Below the pieces are notes generated by a model. That model saw nothing but the letters and a program-made list of their open reading frames with translations, was not told where the DNA came from and did no database searches. The position numbers and the translations under genes were made by a program. From Bacteroidia bacterium (lineage in GTDB: Bacteria > Bacteroidota > Bacteroidia > Palsa-965), in assembly GCA_044344795.1 (NCBI GenBank), contig JBIJCF010000006.1, positions 32,245-96,244 on the forward strand: DNA of 64,000 nucleotides, written 5' to 3'. Position 1 is the stretch's first letter; every line of letters begins with the position of its first letter. Below are positions 10,889-20,315 of this stretch, in pieces.

Positions 10889-12241
10889 ATGAAAAACATA
10901 TTGTTACTGCTTTGCATTTTACTGCTCGGCGAAATTTCTGCCCAGTCTTTTGCTATTGGACATCGTAATGTAATTTACATCGATCCCTCCCGTAATAACA
11001 GACAGATCGAAACTGAGATTTATTATCCTGCTAACATTGCAGGTGATAATGTTGCAATAGCGCAGGGACAGTTTCCTGTTATTTCATTCGGTCATGGTTT
11101 TGTGATGGTGTGGAGCGCGTATCAGAATATCTGGTCTTCTTTAGTGCCGCAAGGTTACATTGTTATGTTTCCAAGAACCGAGGGTAATACATCCCCAAGC
11201 CACGCTGAATTTGGCCGCGATCTCGTATTTTTAATTGGGAAAATGCAGTCAGAAGGAACAACAGCTAATTCTCCGTTCTTCGGTGCAGTTGGAGCTACGA
11301 GTGCAATTATGGGTCATTCTATGGGCGGTGGCTCTTCCTTCCTTGCAGTAGAAAATAATACTACGATTACTACGATGATTACTCTTGCTGCAGCCAATAC
11401 AAATCCTTCATCTGTTGCTGCTGCTGCAAATATTAGTGTTCCATCATTAGTGATCGCCGGTGAAAACGACTGTGTAGCGCCTCCTGCACAACACCAAATC
11501 CCCATGTATAATGGACTAAGTTCTTCATGTAAAACTTACGTTGAAGTTAAAGGAGGCGGACATTGCTACTTTGCCAACAATAATTTTAACTGTTCTTTTG
11601 GTGAAGGGACTTGTACTCCGAATCCGACCATTACCAGAGCGGAGCAACAAGATGCCACACAGGATTTGATGAATTTGTGGCTGGCATATTTCTTAAAAGG
11701 AGATTGTCCTTCATGGGAATCATTCGGGGATTCATTGCTTACTTCGCCTCGCATTACTTCTCAAAGCACATGTCTGTACCCACCGCCCGTTGTTACAATT
11801 AATGCAAATGTCCTGACATCTTCTCCCGCTGTAACGTATCAATGGATGCTAAACAATGCCGCAATTCCCGGTGCTGATTCTTCATCCTATACGATTCCCG
11901 GAATTGGATCTTACCATGTGGAAACAACATATTACAATTCTTGTGTTTACGTTTCAGCTCCGATAGTAATTACAGGCACAGGAGAAACTGACACACCAAG
12001 TACATTTGAAATATTTCCGAATCCTGTTACACATGCAGTAACACTACAATGGAATTCCGGTTCAGTTATTCCGGATGCAGTTCAGATTATTGGAATCAAT
12101 GGTGTTGTCATTAAGGTGCAGCAAGTGTCAACCGGAAACGCCATACAAATTCAAGTTGAGGATTTAGCTCCGGGTTTCTACATGATACAACCACTGCGTA
12201 ATGGTCATGTGTTGACCACACATAAAATGATTAAACAGTAA
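10889..12241 (+). CDS. PETase/cutinase-like polyesterase (dienelactone-hydrolase-fold alpha/beta hydrolase) fused to a T9SS C-terminal sorting domain.
   Basis: Signal peptide. AIMGHSMGGGSSF matches PETase GVMGWSMGGGGSL (the Ser nucleophile). LVIAGENDCVAPP matches LIFACENDSIAPV (Asp). VKGGGHCYFANNN matches INGGSHSCANSGN (His plus a disulfide Cys). The C-terminal about 80 aa form a T9SS CTD (FEIFPNPVTHAVTLQW...GFYMIQP). Confidence 0.8.
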   Translation: MKNILLLLCILLLGEISAQSFAIGHRNVIYIDPSRNNRQIETEIYYPANIAGDNVAIAQGQFPVISFGHGFVMVWSAYQNIWSSLVPQGYIVMFPRTEGNTSPSHAEFGRDLVFLIGKMQSEGTTANSPFFGAVGATSAIMGHSMGGGSSFLAVENNTTITTMITLAAANTNPSSVAAAANISVPSLVIAGENDCVAPPAQHQIPMYNGLSSSCKTYVEVKGGGHCYFANNNFNCSFGEGTCTPNPTITRAEQQDATQDLMNLWLAYFLKGDCPSWESFGDSLLTSPRITSQSTCLYPPPVVTINANVLTSSPAVTYQWMLNNAAIPGADSSSYTIPGIGSYHVETTYYNSCVYVSAPIVITGTGETDTPSTFEIFPNPVTHAVTLQWNSGSVIPDAVQIIGINGVVIKVQQVSTGNAIQIQVEDLAPGFYMIQPLRNGHVLTTHKMIKQ

Positions 12242-12247
12242 GCGCGC

Positions 12248-12928
12248 TTACAATTGAAACCAGTTAATCGGTTCTTTCCCGAATTCAATCAGATAGTAAT
12301 TGGTTTTACTGAAATGTCTGCAACCGAAGAATTTCGTAGCAGAAAAAGGGGAAGGGTGCGCTGCTTCCAGAATTTTGTGTTTATCAAGATTGATTAAACT
12401 TTTCTTTTCACGGGCATGAGCGCCCCAAAGAATAAAGACAAGTCCTTCACGATGATCAGAAAGATGACGAATAACGTTATCCGTAAATATTTCCCAGCCT
12501 TGTCCGCGGTGTGAGGCCGGTTGTGCTTCTCGAACGGTAAGTGTTGTGTTTAATAGCAAAACGCCTTGTTTCGCCCAACCTGATAAATCACCGGTTTTTG
12601 GGTATGGCACATTCAGGTCTTTTTGCATTTCCTTAAAAATATTTACCAACGATGGCGGATGCTTAATGCCCGTAGAAACCGAGAAACACATGCCGTTCGC
12701 TTGCCCGAATCCGTGATACGGATCTTGTCCGATAATAACAACTTTAACTTCTTCGAAAGGCGTGTGATTGAAGGCATTAAAAATTAAAGGGCCGGGAGGA
12801 TAAACCGGAAATTGTGACTTTTCTTCCAACAAGAATTGCTTGAGTGCTAAAAAGTAGTCTTGTTCGAATTCGTTCTGTAGTGCTTTCGCCCAACTGGGGT
12901 GAATCTGCGGATAAACGGAAGTGGACAT
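12248..12928 (-). CDS. ung: Uracil-DNA glycosylase.
   Basis: Family 1 UDG motifs: GQDPYHG (water-activating loop), the HPSPFSA region, and LLLNTTLTV. Confidence 0.95.
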   Translation of the reverse strand: MSTSVYPQIHPSWAKALQNEFEQDYFLALKQFLLEEKSQFPVYPPGPLIFNAFNHTPFEEVKVVIIGQDPYHGFGQANGMCFSVSTGIKHPPSLVNIFKEMQKDLNVPYPKTGDLSGWAKQGVLLLNTTLTVREAQPASHRGQGWEIFTDNVIRHLSDHREGLVFILWGAHAREKKSLINLDKHKILEAAHPSPFSATKFFGCRHFSKTNYYLIEFGKEPINWFQL

Positions 12929-13103
12929 ACAATAATTAGTTAAAATCTAAACAAAACACAAACTTTTAGGTTAAATACAAGGTTCACGAATGTACAGGTT
13001 GCTTGTTAATAAAAAAAAACTCAGTAACTTGATCTGTCAGATCGTATCAACTAATTTCGCCAAGATATTGTAACTATACACAATTAATCATACATCTGAA
13101 ACT

Positions 13104-13235
13104 ATGAAAAAAGTTTTTTTAGCCCTCTTTGTTGCGGCATTGGTATCATCCGTTGCTGTTTCCTGTAAGTCGAAAGAAAAGTGTGACGCGTACCGCAGTG
13201 CAGCTCCGAAAGCTAAAACACAAAATAATTTCTAA
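13104..13235 (+). CDS. Small putative lipoprotein (43 aa). It is absent from the ORF track because it is under 60 aa.
   Basis: ATG at 13104 followed by MKKVFLALFVAALVSSVAVSC, a signal peptide with a lipobox Cys. A strong terminator lies about 20 nt downstream. Supported by coding context only. Confidence 0.4.
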   Translation: MKKVFLALFVAALVSSVAVSCKSKEKCDAYRSAAPKAKTQNNF

Positions 13236-13255
13236 TTACAGCGATTTCGAATTCG

Positions 13256-13290
13256 GGCCGAATGTTCTCATTCGGCCTTTTTATGTTTTT
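13256..13290 (+). terminator. Rho-independent terminator.
   Basis: Perfect 9-bp stem GGCCGAATG / CATTCGGCC with a 4-nt loop, then TTTTTATGTTTTT. Confidence 0.7.
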
Positions 13291-13295
13291 ACGCT

Positions 13296-13637
13296 ATGCA
13301 TGTAAACGAACTTTCCGGCATCGATGATCTTAATCACGCGGATCAATTATCGCGTGAACTGCCAACCGGTGTAGTTTTATTTAAGCATAGCACACGCTGC
13401 TTTATTAGTCGAAGTGCTTGGCAGCGTTTTAATGATGAATGGAGTTCAGACAACAGCACTCCCCTGTATTATCTTGATTTGTTAGAGCACCGAGACGTCT
13501 CATCGGAAATTGCTCAGCGTTATGGAATTCAGCATCAGTCGCCTCAAGTTTTACTGATACGCAATGGGATCTGTGTTTATCATGCTTCACATGAAAACAT
13601 CAGCGCACCGGAAATAATAAAATTTACAGCCAGTTAA
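13296..13637 (+). CDS. ytxJ: Bacillithiol-system redox-active protein YtxJ (monothiol thioredoxin-like, DUF2847).
   Basis: VLFKHSTRCFISRSA matches B. subtilis YtxJ FLLKHSTTCPISRAA (T-C-x-I-S active site). HQSPQVLLIRNGICVYHASHENIS matches HESPQVLLIRDGKVVWHASHHQIT. Confidence 0.8.
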   Translation: MHVNELSGIDDLNHADQLSRELPTGVVLFKHSTRCFISRSAWQRFNDEWSSDNSTPLYYLDLLEHRDVSSEIAQRYGIQHQSPQVLLIRNGICVYHASHENISAPEIIKFTAS

Positions 13638-14037
13638 AACTCACTACCTGCTTTAAATCGGGGTGCAAACTTTTTGCTACCGGGCACGTGTGTGCGGCAT
13701 GTTCCAATAATTTCTTGTCCTGATCGCTTAATCCTAACGCGGGGATCGTAAAGTCGACGTGAATCTCTATAACTCTTCGTGGTTCAGTGCCCATTATTTT
13801 TGTAACAGCAGCCTTCATTCCCTGCAAATTCCAGCCGTGACGTTCGGCTACAATTCCCATAATCGTCATCATGCACGAAGCAAGAGATGTGGACATTAAA
13901 TCGGTCGGGGAGAACGCCTCTCCCTTCCCATTATTATCCGGTGGCGCATCTGTGGTAATTTGATTCCCGGAGCGCAAGTGAGTGCCCACGGAGCGCAGTT
14001 GACCATGATATTCTACTTCGGCTATTTTCATGAACAA
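13624..14037 (-). CDS. OsmC/Ohr family peroxiredoxin-like protein.
   Basis: 137 aa. OsmC-fold pattern with two conserved Cys (SLASCMM...HTCPVAKSL). The likely start is MKIAEV. Its 3' end overlaps ytxJ by 14 nt in convergent orientation. Confidence 0.75.
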   Translation of the reverse strand: MFMKIAEVEYHGQLRSVGTHLRSGNQITTDAPPDNNGKGEAFSPTDLMSTSLASCMMTIMGIVAERHGWNLQGMKAAVTKIMGTEPRRVIEIHVDFTIPALGLSDQDKKLLEHAAHTCPVAKSLHPDLKQVVSFNWL

Positions 14038-14090
14038 AAATGGCTTTGACGTGTATTCTTTGTACCTTTGATTGAATTCAAAAGTACGAA

Positions 14091-14858
14091 ATGAAGCGTC
14101 TTATTTGGATCATATTAGTTTTCTCTTCCTTTAACCTTTTGGCACAGGTTGAAAATAAGACTGTGCAAGGCAATGAGAATACTTTTGACGAAGTGAAATT
14201 GCTGTACCGCAATGAATCAACTGCGGGTGTACTTATTCATACGAATGGTTTAGGACTTAATTATCGCCGAGGCAAGCACGTAACAGGTTTTCGGAAGCGG
14301 TTGTTCGAAATGGAAGTCACCTACTACCGTCACAATAAAGAATTCAAAACGACAAACTCTTCATTTGATAATGCGAAAGGTTACTTCTACGGAAAATTGA
14401 ACAGTGCTTACTTGTTGCGTCCCGGAATTGGTTTTCATAATGTGATTTACACCAAACCTGAAAAGAACGGTGTTGAAATTCGATATGTGGCCGTAATTGG
14501 TGCTTCATTAATGTTTTTGAAGCCTGTTTATCTTGAAATTCTTAAAGACACAGGAATTCCCGGAACATATGCAGTTGTTACGGAGAAATACGATCCGGAC
14601 CGCCATTTTCAGGATAACATTTATGGACGAGCGCCTTTCATGCGTGGCTTTGGAGATATGTCGCTCCAGCCCGGGGGGTATTTGAAGTTCGGATTGAACT
14701 TTGAATATGGTCCGTTAGATACGGAAATTAAATCCCTTGAAACAGGAGTTATCCTGGATATTTATGCCAAAGATGTTCCATTGATGGCTACTCAGAAAAT
14801 GCATCCTTATTTGCTGAGTTTGTATTTGAATTTCAGCATCGGAAAAAAATGGTTCTAA
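14091..14858 (+). CDS. Hypothetical outer-membrane beta-barrel protein.
   Basis: Signal peptide (LLAQ). Alternating beta-strand pattern with a C-terminal aromatic residue (KKWF). No family recognised. Confidence 0.5.
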   Translation: MKRLIWIILVFSSFNLLAQVENKTVQGNENTFDEVKLLYRNESTAGVLIHTNGLGLNYRRGKHVTGFRKRLFEMEVTYYRHNKEFKTTNSSFDNAKGYFYGKLNSAYLLRPGIGFHNVIYTKPEKNGVEIRYVAVIGASLMFLKPVYLEILKDTGIPGTYAVVTEKYDPDRHFQDNIYGRAPFMRGFGDMSLQPGGYLKFGLNFEYGPLDTEIKSLETGVILDIYAKDVPLMATQKMHPYLLSLYLNFSIGKKWF

Positions 14859-14862
14859 TCCC

Positions 14863-15750
14863 TTGAGACGGGAATTGATTATGGAAAATACGGTTGTAGA
14901 GAAGAAAGAAGAACGTTTTAAAAAGCCGGAATGGCTTCGTGTTAAATTGCCTACGGGGGAGAATTACCTTAAGGTTCGAAGTCTCGTTGATCAGCATAAA
15001 CTGCACACAATTTGTGAAAGCGGCAATTGTCCCAACATGGGTGAATGTTGGGGCGCAGGCACTGCAACATTCATGATTCTTGGAAATATTTGTACACGCT
15101 CCTGTGGTTTTTGTGCGGTGGCTACAGGTCGCCCAATGCCTGTTGATTGGGATGAACCTATGCGTGTAGCGGAATCAGTGAAGTTGATGGGGGTAAAACA
15201 TTGTGTTATTACTTCCGTAGATCGCGACGAATTGAAAGATGGTGGTTCAACGATTTGGGCTATGACGGTTAATGCAATACGTCAAATTAGTCCCGGTACC
15301 ACATTGGAAACATTAATTCCCGATTTCAAAGGTGAGATGGAAAATGTTCAGCGTATTGTAGACGTTATGCCGGAAATTGTTTCACACAACATGGAAACGG
15401 TTCGTCGATTAACGCGTCAGGTGCGCATTCAAGCCAAATACGATCGTAGTTTGGAAGTGTTGAAATACCTTAAAAACGGCGGTTGCCGGACTAAATCCGG
15501 TATTATGGTAGGTTTGGGTGAATCCGACACCGAGGTTTTGGAGACCATGGATGATTTGGCTCGGGTTGGGGTAGAGATTATGACGATTGGCCAGTACTTG
15601 CAACCGACAAAAAAGCATTTGGCGGTTCAGGAGTTTGTTCATCCTGAAAAGTTTGCCCGATACAAGGAGGAAGCCCTAAAGCGTGGTTTCCGTTACGTTG
15701 AAAGTGGCCCATTGGTGCGTTCTTCGTATCATGCCGAGCAACATATTTGA
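14863..15750 (+). CDS. lipA: Lipoyl synthase.
   Basis: Both cysteine clusters are present: [13 protein letters not shown] (auxiliary 4Fe-4S) and CTRSCGFC (radical-SAM CxxxCxxC). Confidence 0.95.
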   Translation: MRRELIMENTVVEKKEERFKKPEWLRVKLPTGENYLKVRSLVDQHKLHTICESGNCPNMGECWGAGTATFMILGNICTRSCGFCAVATGRPMPVDWDEPMRVAESVKLMGVKHCVITSVDRDELKDGGSTIWAMTVNAIRQISPGTTLETLIPDFKGEMENVQRIVDVMPEIVSHNMETVRRLTRQVRIQAKYDRSLEVLKYLKNGGCRTKSGIMVGLGESDTEVLETMDDLARVGVEIMTIGQYLQPTKKHLAVQEFVHPEKFARYKEEALKRGFRYVESGPLVRSSYHAEQHI

Positions 15751-15966
15751 AAAAAAACTTGACAACAGCAGTTGTTGTTACTATCTTTAGAGAAATCTAA
15801 ACTGGTTCGTCGGTTTGGTTTCAAAACATCCCCCAATTTTCGGCATTGTTTGCTGCGTTTAATTTATTTAACGTTTGCTGCGCTGCATAGGAAAAAAATA
15901 GTAGTTTTGGATGCTTTGAACATCGCATAAAACAGATTTTAAAATCTAAAAGAGGGACCTAAATTT

Positions 15967-18900
15967 TTGACAATGAAACGCAGAACTTTTACACTTGCCG
16001 GAACCGGAATTGCTGCAGTCGGTTTGGCTGTTTTCGCGAGCTTCGTGATGAAGAACGATACAGCTTCCAAGTATCGTGGTCACGTTGCTGTTAACGTGGT
16101 TAATGGCGAAATCACTTATGATGACTTTGGTGCCAAAGGCGCAGCGCAGTGGTGGTTTGATCGCATGAAAGATGCGAATACTGGTGAATTGAATTTTCAG
16201 GAAATGGCGCGCATGAAGCAATTGGCTTCTCAAACGCATACCGCAGCACGCAACTCAAGTGCAGCGAGTATCCAGGCAACATCTTGGAATGAAATTGGTC
16301 CGGACAACGTGGGTGGAAGAACTCGCGCAATGATCATCGATCGCAACAACACGCAGCACATGTTCGCAGGTGCGGTGAGTGGTGGTTTGTGGGAGTCATT
16401 TGACGGAGGTTTAAATTGGCAAAAGAATTCAGGTTTCTTCTCGATTCCTGATGTAAATATCAATATTGCCAGCATGGCGCAAGCATCTAACGGTGATTTG
16501 TATGTTGGAACAGGTGAAGGAATGTATTATTTCTTCGGTACCGGTGCCGGTGGATTTATCGGTGGTGGTATCTACAAGTCTGTAGATGGCGGAGTTACAT
16601 GGAGTGTGTTATCTGCAACAGTTCCTCCAACTGCTAACAACGCTACTGCAAACTGGGTGGCTGTGAATAAAATTGTGGTTGATCCGAACGATCCAAACCA
16701 CGTGTTCGCATCAACTAACAAAGGTTTACGTGTTTCTTCCGATGGTGGTCAGACTTGGGTAACCCCGGCTGGTTTACCGGCAACAGGCGAATCCAGTGAT
16801 GTTGACGTGCCGGGCAACGGTACAGTTATTACTACCGCAAGTGGTAAGCCATGGCGCTCTACCGACAATGGTGCAACATTTACAAATGTGGGTACTTCTG
16901 CTCAAGGATTTTTCTCCAGCAGTTTATCGCGCACGGAAATTGGTGTCGCTCCCTCTGACCCTAATTTCGTATATGCATTCTGCGCTAGTAACGCAGGTGC
17001 ATTGGCAGGTGTTTACGTTTCTATTGATGGCGGTGCAACTTGGCAGCAAGCGGCAGGTGCAGGTAATGCACAGTTTGAGCCGTTCGGTACAGGTCAAGGT
17101 GATTATGACAACGTTGTAGAAGTTGATCCGAACAACAAGTTTCGCGCAATCTTTGGTGGCGTGGAGTTGTGGGATTTTGAATTGGTACAAACCAATCCTG
17201 TTGGTGGTCAGTGGACACGCCGCGCTTTAGAGTTCCCTGCTTCGTTGTTCAATCCATGGTACGTTCACTCTGATAAACATGTGATTTTATATCACCCAAC
17301 TGCTCCCGGAACTATTTTCGTTGGAACAGACGGTGGTATTTTCCGTTCACAGAACGATGGTGCTACATGGACTCCAATGAACAATGGATACAACGTAACA
17401 CAAGCATATTCTGTAGCAATTGATCCTTTCGCACCTAATCGTGATCGCGCGATGATTGGTACTCAGGACAACGGTACACAGTACGTAAACGGCACAGGAA
17501 ACACATTGATGTCTTCATTCGCTACAAGTGGTGGTGATGGCGGTCATTGCGATCTGTCTTTGTTATTCCCGGGTGCAACTTTCCAAACTGTGTATTACGG
17601 CTCAACTTCTCGTTCTAATAACGGGGGGCAGTCTTCCGGAGATTTCTTCTCTGAGCGTATGACCCCTGCAGCTTATGGACAGCCGGGGTTTGCAGCATTC
17701 GTAACTCCTATTCGCTTGTGGGAATCATTTAACGATCCGTTGAGTTCTGATTCGATCACAATGGTGAATGATACAATTGAGCAAAACAAACACGTTACAA
17801 CAGGAGCAACAGCAACCTATAGTAGCACATTAACAGTTCCTACTCCAATTGCGAATCCTGCTGCTACAGTGATTCTTAACTCTATTCGTTTTACTGTCGC
17901 TAACAGTTCTGCAACTGTGGATGGTGCAGGTAATATTTCAGGTGATGCAACCGGTACAGTTCAGTCTAATGGTTCTTACACTATTACATGGAATTCTACT
18001 CCTGCTGCTAACCAAGTAATTAAAGCATACTATCAAGTAAGTTACGCTGCCGGAACAGTATTCACTTTGAACTCTAACGTTCAAGGAAGAACCTTCAGCT
18101 ATGCCACTCCATTTACAATCAATCCAAATGATACTGTGCGTATTCAAGATCCGGTACAGGCTCGTTTAGCGGTTGGATTTACCGGAAATAACGGTATCTG
18201 GATTACTAAGCGTCCTTTGGATTTCTCTTCAACTCCTGAATGGTTGAAAATTGGAGGAAACCGTTCTTTACCAAGTGCTTATTCCGGTGAAGCTTCACAA
18301 ATGACATGGTCTGTTGATGGTAACTACTTGTTCGTTGGAACTGCCGGTGGTTCTGTTTTCCGTTTCTCTAATATCGCGGCTGCAGTTGACTCTGCGAATG
18401 GTGATTCTGAAGCTAATGGAGGTGCAATTGCGAATCCTACATGTGTTATTACATGTCACTTGATCGGTTCATTCTCTCGTCCTGTTACAGGCTTAGATGT
18501 TGATCCAAACAATCCGAACAACGTTGTTGTAACAACAGGTAACTACGGCGCAACACAGAACGTACATTATTCTTCAGTAGGTACTACCGCTACTTCTGTA
18601 AGCGGAACGTTCGTAAACAAAACAGGTAACCTGAACACATTGGGTGGTGTACCTTGCTTATCAGTTTCATTTGACAAGTACACACCGAATCGTGTATTGG
18701 TTGGTACAGAGCATGGAATGTTTGAAACTTCAAACATTACAGCTGCTACTCCAACCTATGTATCATCAAATGCTAACTTGGATAACGTGGCTGTAGATAT
18801 GATTCGTCAGCAGCGCTTCGAGCCTTGGCATGTTCCGAATGCGGGATGTTTCTACATCGGAACACATGGACGTGGTATATGGCGCGATGATTCCAGCTGG

Positions 18901-19212
18901 CAGATTCCAAACAGCATCAATGAACCATCTAACGGATCTTCACAGCCTGTAGTTGCTAATGATGTTAAAGTATTCCCGAACCCTGTTGTAGATAACAGCT
19001 TCGTAACATTTACAACTGCTCGTAGCGGTAATGCTATCGTTCAGATCTTTGATCTTTCGGGTAAGATGGTTTCAACTCAGAATTATCAGCAGTTAGCTGC
19101 AGGCAAGAACACAGTTGAATTCAACGCAGCTAATATGGCTAAAGGAACTTACATTATCGTAATTATTCAGGATAACAAACGTATCGGCTCAGGTCGCTTC
19201 GTGAAGATGTAA
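15967..19212 (+). CDS. Large secreted BNR/Asp-box repeat (sortilin/VPS10-like beta-propeller) protein with a T9SS C-terminal sorting domain.
   Basis: 1081 aa. Multiple S-x-D-x-G-x-T-W Asp-boxes (SFDGGLNWQ, SVDGGVTWS, SSDGGQTWV, STDNGATF, SIDGGATWQ, SQNDGATWT). C-terminal T9SS CTD (VKVFPNPVVDNSFVTFT...GTYIIVIIQDNKRIGSGRFVKM). Confidence 0.75.
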   Translation: MTMKRRTFTLAGTGIAAVGLAVFASFVMKNDTASKYRGHVAVNVVNGEITYDDFGAKGAAQWWFDRMKDANTGELNFQEMARMKQLASQTHTAARNSSAASIQATSWNEIGPDNVGGRTRAMIIDRNNTQHMFAGAVSGGLWESFDGGLNWQKNSGFFSIPDVNINIASMAQASNGDLYVGTGEGMYYFFGTGAGGFIGGGIYKSVDGGVTWSVLSATVPPTANNATANWVAVNKIVVDPNDPNHVFASTNKGLRVSSDGGQTWVTPAGLPATGESSDVDVPGNGTVITTASGKPWRSTDNGATFTNVGTSAQGFFSSSLSRTEIGVAPSDPNFVYAFCASNAGALAGVYVSIDGGATWQQAAGAGNAQFEPFGTGQGDYDNVVEVDPNNKFRAIFGGVELWDFELVQTNPVGGQWTRRALEFPASLFNPWYVHSDKHVILYHPTAPGTIFVGTDGGIFRSQNDGATWTPMNNGYNVTQAYSVAIDPFAPNRDRAMIGTQDNGTQYVNGTGNTLMSSFATSGGDGGHCDLSLLFPGATFQTVYYGSTSRSNNGGQSSGDFFSERMTPAAYGQPGFAAFVTPIRLWESFNDPLSSDSITMVNDTIEQNKHVTTGATATYSSTLTVPTPIANPAATVILNSIRFTVANSSATVDGAGNISGDATGTVQSNGSYTITWNSTPAANQVIKAYYQVSYAAGTVFTLNSNVQGRTFSYATPFTINPNDTVRIQDPVQARLAVGFTGNNGIWITKRPLDFSSTPEWLKIGGNRSLPSAYSGEASQMTWSVDGNYLFVGTAGGSVFRFSNIAAAVDSANGDSEANGGAIANPTCVITCHLIGSFSRPVTGLDVDPNNPNNVVVTTGNYGATQNVHYSSVGTTATSVSGTFVNKTGNLNTLGGVPCLSVSFDKYTPNRVLVGTEHGMFETSNITAATPTYVSSNANLDNVAVDMIRQQRFEPWHVPNAGCFYIGTHGRGIWRDDSSWQIPNSINEPSNGSSQPVVANDVKVFPNPVVDNSFVTFTTARSGNAIVQIFDLSGKMVSTQNYQQLAAGKNTVEFNAANMAKGTYIIVIIQDNKRIGSGRFVKM

Positions 19213-19235
19213 TCGATAAACACCAATTGCATTAC

Positions 19236-19270
19236 AAGGCTGTCCTAATGGGCAGCCTTGTTTGTTTGCA
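19236..19270 (+). terminator. Rho-independent terminator after the BNR protein gene.
   Basis: Stem AAGGCTG(T)CC / GGCAGCCTT with loop TAATG, followed by the T-rich run GTTTGTTTG. Confidence 0.55.
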
Positions 19271-19325
19271 TTAATTATGAATTCGAAGTTCTGATTTGAA
19301 GTAACTTTGATTAAAACATCGGGAT

Positions 19326-20315
19326 ATGATAAACGTTGCCATTAATGGATTTGGTAGAATCGGACGTGTTACTTTACGCGTCATGCTGGAGCGCAAAGAC
19401 TTCAATGTCGTTGCAATAAATGATTTAACGGATGCTAAAACGTTGGCGCATTTATTTAAATACGATTCCGTGCATGGAAGATTTAAAGGTGATGTGCAAC
19501 ATGATGTTGAAGCATTGATCATTAATGGTAAACGGATTCCGGTAACTGCTGTTAAAGATCCTGAAGAGCTCAATTGGAATGCTGTAAATGCCGATATCGT
19601 CATTGAATCAACAGGTAAATTTCTGTCGCGAGAAAAAGCAATGTTGCACATTGCTGCAGGTGCGAAGAAAGTAGTGCTATCAGGACCGCCGGAAAGTTCA
19701 GATATTAAAGCTGTGGTATTAGGCGTGAATGATCATATTATTTCAGCAGATGATATTATCATATCGAATGCTTCGTGCACGACAAATTGTGCAGCGCCAA
19801 TGATTAAAATTCTGGATGATAATTGGGGTATAGATGATGGATACATTACGACTGTGCATTCGTACACCGGAGATCAGCGGTTGCATGATGCGCCACATAA
19901 AGATTTGCGCAGAGCACGAGCAGCGGCTGTTTCTATGGTTCCAACATCTACCGGAGCAGCTAAGGCAATTACAAAAATATTCCCGCACCTCACGGGCAAG
20001 CTGGGAGGTTGTGGTATTCGTGTTCCTGTTCCGGATGGTTCGTTGACGGATATAACATGTCAACTGAACAAACTTCCGAGTGTAGAAGAAATTAATGCTG
20101 CTTTCAAAGCCGCTGCAAATGGTGAACTAAAAGGCATTATGGAATATACGGAAGATCCTATTGTATCGATAGACGTTGTAGGTAATCCGCATTCGTGTTT
20201 GTTTGATCCGGGATTCACATCCATTGTAGGAAACATGGTCAAGGTATTCGGATGGTATGATAACGAATACGGTTATTCCAGTAGACTTGTAGACCTTATT
20301 AAAAAGATTGCTTAG
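19326..20315 (+). CDS. gap: Type I glyceraldehyde-3-phosphate dehydrogenase.
   Basis: NGFGRIGR NAD-binding motif and active-site SNASCTTNCAAP. 329 aa. Confidence 0.95.
   Translation: MINVAINGFGRIGRVTLRVMLERKDFNVVAINDLTDAKTLAHLFKYDSVHGRFKGDVQHDVEALIINGKRIPVTAVKDPEELNWNAVNADIVIESTGKFLSREKAMLHIAAGAKKVVLSGPPESSDIKAVVLGVNDHIISADDIIISNASCTTNCAAPMIKILDDNWGIDDGYITTVHSYTGDQRLHDAPHKDLRRARAAAVSMVPTSTGAAKAITKIFPHLTGKLGGCGIRVPVPDGSLTDITCQLNKLPSVEEINAAFKAAANGELKGIMEYTEDPIVSIDVVGNPHSCLFDPGFTSIVGNMVKVFGWYDNEYGYSSRLVDLIKKIA

Noticed and set aside
15760-15790. Short hairpin ACAAC-AGCA-GTTGT after lipA.
   Set aside because: The stem is only 5 bp, AT-rich, and has a weak T-tract. This is insufficient to call a terminator.
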